DNA of 64,000 nucleotides. Origin: Alphaproteobacteria bacterium. Lineage in GTDB: Bacteria > Pseudomonadota > Alphaproteobacteria > GCA-2731375. The stretch spans positions 1-64,000 of the forward strand of contig JASMDX010000064.1 of the NCBI GenBank assembly GCA_030752605.1. Reading direction: 5' to 3'. Shown here piece by piece: positions 26,893 through 37,126 of this stretch (position 1 is the stretch's first letter; each line of letters starts with the position of its first letter). The notes beneath the pieces were generated by a model. The model had not been told where the DNA came from. It saw nothing but the letters and a program-made list of their open reading frames with translations, and did no database searches. A program made the position numbers and the translations under genes.

Positions 26893-29709
26893 ATGTTTGA
26901 AGTTGGAATTGCGCTGTTTATCACGGCCATCGTCGTCATCGCGATCCTGTATATTATTTCCATCTGGATCTACAAGCGGGCGCCGTCGAATATGTGCTTC
27001 ATCCGCACGGGCTTTCGCGGCACCAAGGTTTGCTTGGGCAAGGGCGCCCTGGTCCTACCGGTATTTCACGAGGTCAGCTGGGTCTCCCTAGAAACCTTGA
27101 AGTTGATCATCTCCCGCTCCCGCGATCAGGCCATATTGACCTCGGACAATATCCGCATTGATGCGGTGGTCGAACTCTACACCCATGTAGGTCACACTGA
27201 CGACGCGGTGCTGGTCGCCTCGCGAAGCCTGGGTGAGAAGACCTTCGATTCCGATAAGGTGCGCAGCCTGCTGGAAGCCAAAGTCGTCGGCGCCCTGCGC
27301 AGTTACGCCGCGAAAAAGACCTTGAAGGAACTGCATCAAAACCGCGACGCCTTCGCCAACGACATCCGCAACGGCGTGACGGAAAGCTTTACCGCCAACG
27401 GTCTGGTCCTCGAAGAGGTCTCCATCGTCACCCTGGAACAGTCAGGCAAAGAGTTTTTCCGCACCGATAATGTTTTCGATGCCGAGGGCCTGAAGGTGAT
27501 TACCGAGATCACATCCGATGCCAAGCGCAAGGTGCATGAAACGGAAAAACGCACCACGGTTTCTATTCGCCAAAAAGACCTCGACACGCAATTGGAACTG
27601 TTGGAGATCGAACGCCACGAGGCCGTGGCCCGGGCCAATCAGGACAAGGAAGTCGCCAACGAACAGGCCAAGCAGCTGGGTGAAAAGCAGATTTACGTAC
27701 TGGATCAGCGCATGGGCGTGGAAGAGAAAGAAATAGATAACGAAAAATCTCTGGAACGCATGCGTACCGAGCGTGATCTGGCCGTAACCGAGGAAGCCAA
27801 GCGCCGGGAAGCAGCGGAAATTCAAAAGGAACTGGCGCTTGAAAAAGAGCGCCGGGACCGCGAGATTGAATTAATCGCCAAGGCGCGGGAAGAAGAACTG
27901 GCCAACATCTCCCGCAACCTGACCTTGGAAAAGGCCGAGCGCGACCGTCAAATCGAACTGGTAGCCAAAGCCAAGGAGTCCGAGCTGGCGGAAATCGACC
28001 GTACCCTGGCCCGTGAACAGGCGGAAAAGCAGCGCGAAATCGAGTTGTCGCAAAAAGAGAAAGAACGCCAGCAGACCGAAATCAACCGCATTACCGCCGT
28101 CATGGCGGAGGAAGAAACTGCCCGCGATGCCCGTCATGCCGCAGCCGAGGAAGCCAGTCTGGCGGTCCGCAAACGCGCCTTGGAAACACGTTTAGAAATG
28201 CTGGATCTGGACAAGGCGGAAAGCTTTGCCGCCGCCAAGCAGGAACAGGAAGTGGCCAACGAAAAGGCCAAGGTCTTGAGCGAGCAGCAACGCTTCATCC
28301 TTGATCGGCGCTGGGAGGTCGAGCAGGAGGAAATTCAAAAAGCCGAGTCATTGGAAAAAGCACAAATTGAGAAGGACGCCGCCGTGATCCGTCAGGGCGG
28401 GGCGACACACGCCGCCGAAATCGCCCGCAGCCTGGCCCGGCAAAAGGCCGAGCGCGATAGCGAGATTGAATTGATCGGCAAGGCGGAGGAACTGGAACGC
28501 GCCGAGATCCGCCGCACCCTGGCCCGCGAACAGGAGGAGCGCGACCGCGAAATCGCACTGGTCGCGAAGGCCGAGGAACTGGAAGCGGTCGAGGTCCGCA
28601 AGAATCTGGCTGTCGAGATGGAACAGCGGCAACGCGATATTGCCTTGATCGAAAAGGACAAGGAGCGTGAAGCCGCTGATATCAGGCGGTTCCAGGCTCG
28701 CGAGACCGAGGAACGCAACCGGGAAATCGCCATGGTCGAAAAGACCAAGGAGCTGGAGGTGGCGGAAGTGCAACGCCTGGCCACTACGGCGGAACGCGAG
28801 GGGGCGCAGCATCGGGTCGAATCCGTGCGCCTGGTCGCCGACGCCGAACGCGCCAAGGAGGTTGAGCAGATCGACGCCGAGATGCTGGCGGAAATTCGCC
28901 GTATCGACGAAGAGAGCAAGGCTACCATCACGCGCATGCATATGATCACCCAGTCCGAGGCGCGCAAGCTGGCCGCTGAGCAGGAATCGGACGCCACAAT
29001 GATCCGTGCCCGCGCCTCCGCTGAGGCCCAGAAAATTTCCGCCGAAGGTATCGAGCGGGAGGCCGCCGCCAAGGGCCGGGCCGAGATGGAGGTCGAAGCC
29101 CTGCGCGTGGAAAATACCCAGCGCCTGTTGGAAGCAGAGGCTTCCGGCATGGAAGCCAAGGCCGATGCCTTGAAGAAATACAACGATGCCGCGACCTTCC
29201 TGGAACTGGCCAAGCTATCCATCGAGGCGGATCGGGATATCCATATTGATCAGGCCAAGGCCATGGGCAATGCCCTGGAAGGGGCGCAGATCCGCATGTA
29301 CGGCGGCGGCGACGGCACAGTGGATACCATTCGCGGCCTGTTCACCCAGGGCTTTGGCGTCGGCGAGGTGCTGGAAGGATTCGCCCAGTCCATGCCCGAA
29401 GGCCTACGCCAGAAATTCACCGCCAACGGCCTACGCGGCCTGTTCGGACGCCCCTACGGCCAAGGCAGCCTGAGGGAAGCCGCCGATCATCTGGCCGCTT
29501 TGGTCGATAGTACCTTGAGCACGAAAAAAACTCGCGAGGCCAATTTCCCCGAGGCCTTGGAGAAACTGATTGAAGCCGCCGGCGATGACGAAACCATGAG
29601 CCAGACCCTGACCATGATGAAGGAGTTGAACAGCCGGGGTGGCTTTGATGAGGTACCGTTCGAGAGCGTCTGGAATATCATGCGGGCCGTCGCCAAGACA
29701 GCTGATTAG
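26893..29709 (+). CDS. flotillin-family (YqiK-like) SPFH-domain membrane protein, 938 aa, with an expanded coiled-coil
   Basis: There is an N-terminal TM helix and an SPFH domain similar to E. coli YqiK (RTGFRGTKV..., TLKLIISRSRD). A very long charged coiled-coil with 29-aa repeats follows. Confidence 0.8.
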   Translation: MFEVGIALFITAIVVIAILYIISIWIYKRAPSNMCFIRTGFRGTKVCLGKGALVLPVFHEVSWVSLETLKLIISRSRDQAILTSDNIRIDAVVELYTHVGHTDDAVLVASRSLGEKTFDSDKVRSLLEAKVVGALRSYAAKKTLKELHQNRDAFANDIRNGVTESFTANGLVLEEVSIVTLEQSGKEFFRTDNVFDAEGLKVITEITSDAKRKVHETEKRTTVSIRQKDLDTQLELLEIERHEAVARANQDKEVANEQAKQLGEKQIYVLDQRMGVEEKEIDNEKSLERMRTERDLAVTEEAKRREAAEIQKELALEKERRDREIELIAKAREEELANISRNLTLEKAERDRQIELVAKAKESELAEIDRTLAREQAEKQREIELSQKEKERQQTEINRITAVMAEEETARDARHAAAEEASLAVRKRALETRLEMLDLDKAESFAAAKQEQEVANEKAKVLSEQQRFILDRRWEVEQEEIQKAESLEKAQIEKDAAVIRQGGATHAAEIARSLARQKAERDSEIELIGKAEELERAEIRRTLAREQEERDREIALVAKAEELEAVEVRKNLAVEMEQRQRDIALIEKDKEREAADIRRFQARETEERNREIAMVEKTKELEVAEVQRLATTAEREGAQHRVESVRLVADAERAKEVEQIDAEMLAEIRRIDEESKATITRMHMITQSEARKLAAEQESDATMIRARASAEAQKISAEGIEREAAAKGRAEMEVEALRVENTQRLLEAEASGMEAKADALKKYNDAATFLELAKLSIEADRDIHIDQAKAMGNALEGAQIRMYGGGDGTVDTIRGLFTQGFGVGEVLEGFAQSMPEGLRQKFTANGLRGLFGRPYGQGSLREAADHLAALVDSTLSTKKTREANFPEALEKLIEAAGDDETMSQTLTMMKELNSRGGFDEVPFESVWNIMRAVAKTAD
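27846..28793 (+). repeat. intragenic 87-nt tandem repeats, imperfect (coiled-coil EIELIAKA repeats in the flotillin gene)
   Basis: At least seven copies of RDREIELIAKA(R/K)EEELAEI(S/D)R(N/T)L(T/A)xE(K/Q)AE fall in two blocks, around 27850-28110 and around 28440-28790. Confidence 0.5.
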
Positions 29710-29744
29710 GCTGGGTGGGCATGAGGAACCAGGTATTGCCATCA

Positions 29745-29762
29745 TTCCCGCGAAAGCGGGAA
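29745..29762 (+). terminator. GC-rich hairpin TTCCCGC-GAAA-GCGGGAA downstream of the flotillin gene
   Basis: A perfect 7-bp stem has a GNRA tetraloop and sits 36 nt after the stop. There is no U-tract, so it may be a processing or stability element or a U-less terminator. Confidence 0.3.
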
Positions 29763-29830
29763 CCCAGAGCCATTATACAGGGCTTCATGGCAAGCATGGA
29801 CTGCCGCTTTCGTGGGAGTGACAATGGGAT

Positions 29831-30943
29831 ATGGCCGAACTAGACGTTGTCATAGAGCATGTGGATAAGACCTTTCCGGGCGACACCCGGGCGGTCATTG
29901 ATTTCAATGCCGAGATCGTACATGGCGAGTTCGTCTCCATGCTGGGGCCGTCAGGCTGTGGCAAGACCACCCTGTTGCGCATGATCGGCGGTTTGGAGGA
30001 GGTCACGCGGGGCAAGATTTTTATCTCCGGCCAGGATGTCACCGACCTGCCGCCCTCGCACCGCGACACCTCGATGATGTTTCAAAGTTTCGCGCTGTTC
30101 CCCCACAGAACAGTTTTCCAGAACGTTGAATTCAGCCTAAAAATGCGTGGCATGGACAAGAACATGCGCGCCGGCAAGGTTTGGGCCATGCTGGAAACCG
30201 TAGGCCTGGATCAACTGGCGTCGCGCCGGCCGTCCGATCTGTCCGGCGGCCAGCAACAGCGCGTCGCCCTGGCCCGGGCTTTGATTTCGGAACCAACGGT
30301 ATTGCTGCTGGACGAGCCCTTGGGCGCACTCGACTATAACCTGCGCCAGACCATGATGGTCGAGCTGAAAAAGATACAGCAGGAAACCGGCATTACCTTC
30401 ATCATGGTCACCCATTCTCAGCAGGAAGCCATGTCCATGGCCGACAAGGTTATCGTGATGAGCGATGCCATGGTGCAGCAGATTGGGTCATCCAGGGAAA
30501 TTCATGAAAACCCACGCAACCGCTTCGTCGCCGATTTCATCGGCAACAACAATATGTTCAAGGGCACAATCAAATCCCGCAGCGGTTCCATGATTTTTGT
30601 AGAGGCGGAGCAGCAGCTCTATTATATTCGTGTACCAGAGCATATTCGCCAGGTGCCTGTTGGTCAGGAGGCTCATTTCTCAGTCCGCGCCGATCTGATG
30701 CATACGGGGGACAATCCGGACATGGCCAATAAAGTCGTAGGCAGCTATGTCGCGACGGAATTTCTTGGCACCTTGGAAACCGACGTGTTTGAACTTGAGC
30801 CAGGTCAATTCGTACATGTGGAACAGCATCGTAAATTGTCGGACAGTACCTACAAGATTGGCGAGCAAGAGACCTTATGTTTTGCCGCCGATTCCGGCAT
30901 GCTGTTGGAGAGAACTCGGCGGCCGGAGGATTTGGACCGCTAG
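29831..30943 (+). CDS. ABC transporter ATP-binding protein (PotA/MalK-like, with a C-terminal TOBE domain)
   Basis: Walker A GPSGCGKTT, the signature LSGGQQQRVALARAL and Walker B LLLDEPLGALD are present. Confidence 0.85.
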   Translation: MAELDVVIEHVDKTFPGDTRAVIDFNAEIVHGEFVSMLGPSGCGKTTLLRMIGGLEEVTRGKIFISGQDVTDLPPSHRDTSMMFQSFALFPHRTVFQNVEFSLKMRGMDKNMRAGKVWAMLETVGLDQLASRRPSDLSGGQQQRVALARALISEPTVLLLDEPLGALDYNLRQTMMVELKKIQQETGITFIMVTHSQQEAMSMADKVIVMSDAMVQQIGSSREIHENPRNRFVADFIGNNNMFKGTIKSRSGSMIFVEAEQQLYYIRVPEHIRQVPVGQEAHFSVRADLMHTGDNPDMANKVVGSYVATEFLGTLETDVFELEPGQFVHVEQHRKLSDSTYKIGEQETLCFAADSGMLLERTRRPEDLDR

Positions 30944-30970
30944 ACCTTCGTATTCGATGGGTAGACCACA

Positions 30971-32251
30971 ATGGATAAGACCGCCGATGTTGTCGTAATT
31001 GGTGCCGGTATCGCCGGCACCGCCACTGCCTACTACTTGGCCAAAGGCGGTGCATCAGTCATTGTTTGCGAGAAGGGCGAAATCGCCGGCGAACAATCCA
31101 GCCGCAACTGGGGCTTTGTCCGCCAGCAGGGCCGCGACCCCGCCGAAATCCCGCTGATGATGGAAGCCAACAAGATCTGGCGCGGCCTGGAGCGGGAATT
31201 GAACGCCGACCTGGAATGGCTATCCGCCGGCAACTTGGTCACTTTCGATACGGATGAAGAGGCTGCCGGGTGGGAGCAATGGCAGAAAACAGCGGCGGAA
31301 TTTGGCCTTCCTACGCAAATTTTGAGCCGCGCTAAATTGGATGCAATCACGCCAGGCAATGCCTTTGACTGCAAGGGCGCCATTTTCACCGAAAACGACG
31401 GCCAGGCGGAACCAACGAAAGTCACCGCCGCCCTGGCCCGCGCCGCCGAGGGCCGGGGCGCGGAATTCTTGACCCATTGCGCGGTGTTCGAGGTCGAGAC
31501 CACGGGCGGCGTCGCGTCTGGCGTGGTCACGGAACATGGCGTCATCCGCGCGCCGGTGGTGGTCTGCGCCGGCGGTGCCTGGTCGGGGCGGTTCCTCCGT
31601 ACACTCGGTTTGAAATTGCCACAGATGTGGATCAAGGGCTCGGTCGCGCGGACCACGGCGGCGCCCGTCATCTCGCATACAGCCACCTGGACCGGAGTGG
31701 CTTTTCGTCAGCGCCGGGATGGCACCTTCAATATCGCCACCCGCTCGGCGGATCATGACCTGACCCTGGAAAGCGTGCTGAATTTTCCCTCCTTCGCCGG
31801 AAGTTTTGTCCGCAACAAGCGGGACATTAAGCTCAACCTGAACCGCCTTGCGTTTGATCTACTTGGCGGCAGCTTCTCGAAATCCGCCCTGACGAAGGAA
31901 CTGACCACCCACCGCATCCTCGACCCCGAACCCAATCACAAGGTCCTCAACCACGTACTCTCGGAACTGCGCCGTCTGTTGCCGGATACGGCGGCGGTGG
32001 AGATCGAGCGTAAATGGGCCGGCTATGTGGACATGGCGCCGGATATGCTGCCGACCCTGGATGCCCTCGACCAACCATCGGGCCTGGTTCTGGCCACAGG
32101 CTTTTCAGGCCATGGCTTTGGCATGGGGCCCATCGTGGGCCGGCTAATTTCCGAGCTGATCCTGCGTAGCAAGCCTTCGTTGGATCTGCACGCCTTTCGT
32201 TTCAGCCGTTATTCCGACGGCACGAAACTCACGCCCCACAGCGTGGTGTAA
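30971..32251 (+). CDS. FAD-dependent oxidoreductase (DAO/DadA-like family)
   Basis: The motif VVVIGAGIAGTATAYYLAKGG and the C-terminal GHGFGMGP typical of the DAO family are present. Confidence 0.75.
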   Translation: MDKTADVVVIGAGIAGTATAYYLAKGGASVIVCEKGEIAGEQSSRNWGFVRQQGRDPAEIPLMMEANKIWRGLERELNADLEWLSAGNLVTFDTDEEAAGWEQWQKTAAEFGLPTQILSRAKLDAITPGNAFDCKGAIFTENDGQAEPTKVTAALARAAEGRGAEFLTHCAVFEVETTGGVASGVVTEHGVIRAPVVVCAGGAWSGRFLRTLGLKLPQMWIKGSVARTTAAPVISHTATWTGVAFRQRRDGTFNIATRSADHDLTLESVLNFPSFAGSFVRNKRDIKLNLNRLAFDLLGGSFSKSALTKELTTHRILDPEPNHKVLNHVLSELRRLLPDTAAVEIERKWAGYVDMAPDMLPTLDALDQPSGLVLATGFSGHGFGMGPIVGRLISELILRSKPSLDLHAFRFSRYSDGTKLTPHSVV

Positions 32252-32264
32252 CCGGAGACATCCC

Positions 32265-32834
32265 ATGAAGACAGTTTTGATTACCGGTGCCGCGGGCGGC
32301 ATCGGCACGCGTCTGCGCACATTGTTAAAAGGCGTCTATCCGCGTCTAACCCTCTCCGACATGGCCCAGGTCACGGCGTTGCTGCGAGGCGTCGATGACA
32401 AGGTCCGCCCCGACAGCCGTTACGGCGTATCCAAAGCCTTTGGCGAGGCCCTGGGTTCATTCTATGCCGAGAAATTCGGCCTCGGCGTCCTTTCCATCCG
32501 TATCGGCAACATCGATGACTATCCGGTGGACGAGCGGCGTCTGTCGATCTGGGTCAGCCCACGCGACCTGGTGCAACTGATCCGCATTGGCCTGGAGCAC
32601 CCGGATCTGGGTTACGAGATTGTCTGGGGCGCCTCCGCCAACGCACGGGCCTGGTGGGACAACGAACCGGCACACCGTCTTGGCTATCGCCCCCAGGACC
32701 ACGCCGAGGACCACCGGGACCGCGCCCTGGCGGCGGAGACGGAGCGCACACCGAATGCAGTAGCCGACTATTTTCAGGGCGGTGATTTTTGCGCCTTTGA
32801 TTTCGCTGGTCCCACACCCGAAGGAGACGCATGA
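32265..32834 (+). pseudogene. udh: uronate dehydrogenase (Udh) homolog with an internal deletion of about 80 aa
   Basis: The ends match Agrobacterium Udh: MKxLLITGAAGxxG, RPDxxYGVSKxFGExL, VWGASANxxxWWDN and FQGG. The central Rossmann core between LSD and RYGVSK is missing, leaving 189 aa against about 265. Confidence 0.5.
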
Positions 32835-33759
32835 TCATGGCGACCATCGAAGCCGTTGATTTTTTCTATCTGCGTATGCCGACGGTCGAGGCAATCGCCG
32901 ACAACAGCCAGGATTCACTGCTGGTGCGCATCGCCTCGGGCGACGAGGCGGGCTGGGTCATGTGAAAAGCACGGCGAAGACGCCCTATGCCTCGCAGCTG
33001 TTCGGCAATGACCCGCATGAGACACTGACCAAGGGCGCGGCCCAGCGGAAAGCTGGATTTCGCGCCGTTAAATTCGGCTGGGGCCCATATGGTCAAGGTG
33101 ATGCGGCAACGGACGCCGCGCACATCGCCGCCGCACGCGAGGGCCTGGGCGAGGACGGTATTCTGTTGGTCGATGCAGGCACGGTCTGGGTCGACGACGT
33201 GGAGGCCGCCGCCGCGCGCCTTGACGCGTTAAAAACACACCGGGCCACCTGGCTGGAGGAACCATTCATCTCCGCCGCCCTAGGCGCTTATAAGGCGCTG
33301 GCCGAACGGGCCGCACCACTGCGTCTGGCAGGCGGTGAAGGGGCGCATAACTTTCATATGGCACAGCAGATGATCGACCATGCCGGCCTGGGCTATGTGC
33401 AGATCGACGCTGGACGCATGGGCATCTCTGACGGCAAGCGGGTGGCCGATTATGCCGCCCAGCGCGATGTCCGTTTCGTCAACCATACCTTTAATTCACA
33501 CATCGCGCTCAGCGCCTCGCTGCAGGCCTTCGCCGGACACGAAAAGGATGATATTTGCGAATACCCGGTAGAGGCCAAGGCGCTATCAAGGGAGATTACC
33601 CAGAGCCTGATTGAACGGGATGGTGATGGCCTGATCAGCGCGCCCGAGGCACCAGGTCTGGGCATGGAGATCGATGCGGACGCCCTGGCCCGCTATCTGG
33701 TTCAGGTCGAGATCACGATTGATGGCGAGGTCGGCTACAAAACACCCCAGCTAACGTGA
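32830..33759 (+). pseudogene. enolase-superfamily (mandelate racemase/Gci-like) gene with a deletion plus frameshift
   Basis: A 44-codon capping-domain start (...LLVRIASGDEAGW) stops at 32963. The barrel domain resumes in another frame at 32962 (KTPYASQLFG...GFRAVKFGWG...LEEPF...). About 65 aa are missing between the two parts. Confidence 0.5.
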
Positions 33760-34578
33760 ACGGCGGTAGAGAACCGTGTAGATCCCCAGGAACACCGAGA
33801 TCATCGCCAACGAGAATAGCGTCGAGGCGGTGCCCAGCGCGAACAATGTAGGCCGGATACGCTGGGTCATGGAGGCGTTGATATCCAGGGGCAAGGTGTT
33901 GTCCGCCCCCGCCAGCAACGTAGTGCGAGCGAATTCATCATAGGAAAGCGTGAAGCCGAACAGGCCGGCGGCAACCACCCCCGGGGTGATTAGGGGCAGG
34001 GTAATCTCCTTGAATACGGTCCACTCATCCGCGCCCATGTCGCGGGCAGCCTCCTCCAGGCCGGAATCAAAGCGGTTGAAGACGGCCATCATCACTAGAT
34101 AGCCGAACGGTAGAGCCCAGATCACATGCACCGCCAGGCCGGATGAATACCAAGCCGGCGACAGGCCCAACTGCCGCATCAGAATCGCCATGCCAAGGCT
34201 GAGCAGAACACCTGGCACCATCAGGCCGGTCAAAACTGTGTAGAACAATACATTGGAAAAACGGAACGCCTTGCGAAAAGCCATGGCCAGCATGGTGGAG
34301 AACAGCGCGGTGATAACCATGACCATCAAGGCCAGAATGAGGGAGCGGCCCAGAGCCCCCTGCATGTCGCCCACCGTGGACGGTTCCAGCAACTTATTCC
34401 ACCAATACAGGCTCCAACCCCGCATGGGAAAGGAAGTACCGCCGCGCCGGCCCTGGAAGGACAGGATGAACATGGCGAACATAGGCCCGTAAATGAAAGC
34501 CAGGAAGATCATGTAATAGATCGAGAAGCCGGTCTTCACCCGCAACTTGCGCCATCTTTCCGGTGTCCAGCGAGCCAT
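33751..34578 (-). CDS. ABC transporter permease (PotC-like)
   Basis: The product has 6 TM segments and the EAA-like loop. It is 275 aa. Confidence 0.8.
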   Translation of the reverse strand: MARWTPERWRKLRVKTGFSIYYMIFLAFIYGPMFAMFILSFQGRRGGTSFPMRGWSLYWWNKLLEPSTVGDMQGALGRSLILALMVMVITALFSTMLAMAFRKAFRFSNVLFYTVLTGLMVPGVLLSLGMAILMRQLGLSPAWYSSGLAVHVIWALPFGYLVMMAVFNRFDSGLEEAARDMGADEWTVFKEITLPLITPGVVAAGLFGFTLSYDEFARTTLLAGADNTLPLDINASMTQRIRPTLFALGTASTLFSLAMISVFLGIYTVLYRRSR

Positions 34579-34584
34579 TGGTTT

Positions 34585-35562
34585 CTAAAGCTCCTTCCGG
34601 ATATCAACGACACGCAGGATGACGATGATGCCGATCACCATGGCCAGCATCAGCATTAGGGCATTAACGGCGGCAAAGGGATAATTCGCGATGCCATAGT
34701 AATTCAGGATCACCGTGCCGGCTGTCGAAGTCTTGCCGCCGTATACAACCACGGCGGTAGCGAATTCACCCATGATCATGACAAAGATGAAGATCATTCC
34801 AATGGCGACGCCGGGCAAGGACATGGGCCCGATGATCTCGCGGAAAATTTGGAACGGCGTTGCACCCATATCGGTGGCGGCCTCCAATATGTCCTTATCG
34901 ATCTTGGCCAGGGAAAAGAAGATCGGCCCGATACCTAGCACCACATAGATTTGCACCAAGGCCATGGTGTAGCCGAATTCGGAATAGAACAAAAAGCTGA
35001 CCGGCTTATCCACGATACCCATTCCCAATAGCGCCTGATTGATCAGGCCACGCCGGCCCAGCATGGGCAACCAGGCCACGGCACGGATCAGATACGAGGT
35101 CCAGAACGGCACCATGCACAATAGGAACAAAGCCAGCTGCCATTTGAATTCCTGCACCTGCATGGCCAGGAAATAGGCTATCGGGTAACCAACAATCAGG
35201 CATAGAAGCATAGTGACCAGGGTGAAATAGACAGTGGAGCCAAGGGTGCGAATAAAGACCGAGGGTAGAAGAAAGCGGTCGGAATCAGGGTCGAAGAAAC
35301 CTTTGGTGTAAAAATACTCGCCATAGAATTCCAACGAGAAGGCCGGGCTCAAACCTTGCGGGGTGTTCTCCCAGAAACTGAAGACAACGATGGATACCAG
35401 CGGAATAACCAGAAACAGGATCAGCCAAAGGCTCGCCGGCGCGATCAGCCAGGCGGTGGAAAAGCCTTCCTCGGCATAGCTGATCTTGCCCTGGACGGAA
35501 CCATCCGGCTGGGGCTGGCTGCCGATCAAACCTGTATGATGCTGGTCACTGGCTTTTGACAT
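34585..35562 (-). CDS. ABC transporter permease (PotB-like)
   Basis: This is a polytopic permease of 325 aa, 6 nt upstream of the potC-like gene. Confidence 0.8.
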   Translation of the reverse strand: MSKASDQHHTGLIGSQPQPDGSVQGKISYAEEGFSTAWLIAPASLWLILFLVIPLVSIVVFSFWENTPQGLSPAFSLEFYGEYFYTKGFFDPDSDRFLLPSVFIRTLGSTVYFTLVTMLLCLIVGYPIAYFLAMQVQEFKWQLALFLLCMVPFWTSYLIRAVAWLPMLGRRGLINQALLGMGIVDKPVSFLFYSEFGYTMALVQIYVVLGIGPIFFSLAKIDKDILEAATDMGATPFQIFREIIGPMSLPGVAIGMIFIFVMIMGEFATAVVVYGGKTSTAGTVILNYYGIANYPFAAVNALMLMLAMVIGIIVILRVVDIRKEL

Positions 35563-35654
35563 TTCGATACGGCAAAAAATTAAAAGAATGGGGCCGGCAC
35601 GGAGAATGCCGCACCGGCCCAGTATTATCGCATGATGTTATTCCAAGTCTGTTA

Positions 35655-36941
35655 TCACGCGGTCAGGAATTCCGTCCACCGTTTCACCAGATAGTCGTTC
35701 TCGCTCATGATAGAGTTCCAAACGGCAATCTTCTTGAAGCGCTGTTCGTACGAGCCGCCGTCACGCACCACGCCTTTTTCCACCAGGGGCGAGCCAAACG
35801 GATCCGGCAGTTCCTTGGCCGCGGGCTTGCCTTCGTACCAGAAGTCCCACTCGTCGGCGGGCAGATGCTTCTTCGTATTGGCGGGGGTAGACATGTAATA
35901 ACCCTGACGGGCGACAAAGGCGCCGGCCCAGCCATCCAGCCACCAGTTGATGTAGTCGTAGGCCTGATCCAGCTTCTTGCCCGAAGCCTTGGCCGAGATC
36001 GCCAGGGCGCCATGCCAGCCCCGCATGCCTTCCTTAGGCGAGGCGTAGATGCAGGGCACGCCCTCGGCGTTCACCGCCGTCACTGCCGGCGACCACATGC
36101 TTTGCAGGGCCACCTCGCCACTGACCATCAGATTGACGGACTGGCCAAAGGTTTCCCAAAAGGCGCGGAAATGGCCTTCTTTTTTCTTCTTGATAAGAAA
36201 GTCTACCAGGAAGTCGATTTCCTTTTTCGTCATATTGCCCTTGTCGCCAAACTTGATCAGGCCAAGCGCTTCGACGCCCATAGCCGCATCCATAGCACCG
36301 ATCTGCGGCACGTTGAGGAGTGCCACCCGGCCCTTGAAGTCGGAGCTGAACAATTCCGCCCAGCTTTCAATAGGCCGGCCGGTATCCTCGGGGTTGTAAC
36401 CGAGAGAATCCGCATTGTGCCAACCGGGCACGGCGGAGATATAACGCGACGGCCCCTTGGTTCGATTGCCGTCCTTGTCGACCCAGATTTGCCGCACCGG
36501 CGCATCGCCCTGGCCAACACTTGAACCTGGCGTCAACATGCCGGTCTTGGTCAAGTTCGAGACCTTGTCCCAATCCTTGATCCGCTTGGTATCAATGGGC
36601 TGGAACACTTTTGAAGGAATCATCACATCGAACATGTCGAAATAGCATTCCGAGACTTCGTATTGATCATTCTGGTTCAAGGTCTTGCCAAACAAGGCGC
36701 CATAGCCGAGCGCCTGGCCACGGATCTTAAAGCCCACGTCCTTGGCCGCCTTGCCTTGGATTTCGTTGATGATGCTAACGCCCAGGCCGATGGTCCGAAT
36801 TGGATCGGCGGCTTGTACAATATTGGGGAAACCGGTGATACCACCAGCCGCCGCAACCGTCGCCGCGGTTCCCATGAATTTACGGCGGCTCATCCGCAAC
36901 GATGCGCCACCACTTTTCCTGTTGCCCTTTTTCACAGTCAT
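35655..36941 (-). CDS. ABC transporter periplasmic substrate-binding protein (PotD/PotF family) with a Tat-type signal
   Basis: The twin-arginine motif is SRRKFMGTAATVAAAGG. The RBS GGGAGG lies upstream. The product is 428 aa. Confidence 0.8.
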   Translation of the reverse strand: MTVKKGNRKSGGASLRMSRRKFMGTAATVAAAGGITGFPNIVQAADPIRTIGLGVSIINEIQGKAAKDVGFKIRGQALGYGALFGKTLNQNDQYEVSECYFDMFDVMIPSKVFQPIDTKRIKDWDKVSNLTKTGMLTPGSSVGQGDAPVRQIWVDKDGNRTKGPSRYISAVPGWHNADSLGYNPEDTGRPIESWAELFSSDFKGRVALLNVPQIGAMDAAMGVEALGLIKFGDKGNMTKKEIDFLVDFLIKKKKEGHFRAFWETFGQSVNLMVSGEVALQSMWSPAVTAVNAEGVPCIYASPKEGMRGWHGALAISAKASGKKLDQAYDYINWWLDGWAGAFVARQGYYMSTPANTKKHLPADEWDFWYEGKPAAKELPDPFGSPLVEKGVVRDGGSYEQRFKKIAVWNSIMSENDYLVKRWTEFLTA

Positions 36942-37126
36942 TTCTTGCCTCCCATTGGCTTTTCAATTGCGCGGCGATCATCTGGCGATATTCAGCGGCA
37001 CCGCACGCCTCATCCATCCCTTGCCCCAGCCACTCGCCTACCGCCTAGCGCAAAGCTGGTTTAATGATACATTAGGCACAGATTCTGCAAAGCTTAAAGT
37101 AACGAATATATTTCGGGGAGAGGGGC

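Noticed and set aside
27336-29222. Several minus-strand ORFs (up to 276 aa) inside the flotillin gene
   Set aside because: They are generated by the repetitive, codon-biased coiled-coil region. They are Ser/Ala/Arg-rich and have no starts with an RBS.
35556-36524. A 322-aa plus-strand ORF opposite the substrate-binding-protein gene
   Set aside because: It is antisense to a gene with a clear Tat signal and SBP fold. It has no motifs.
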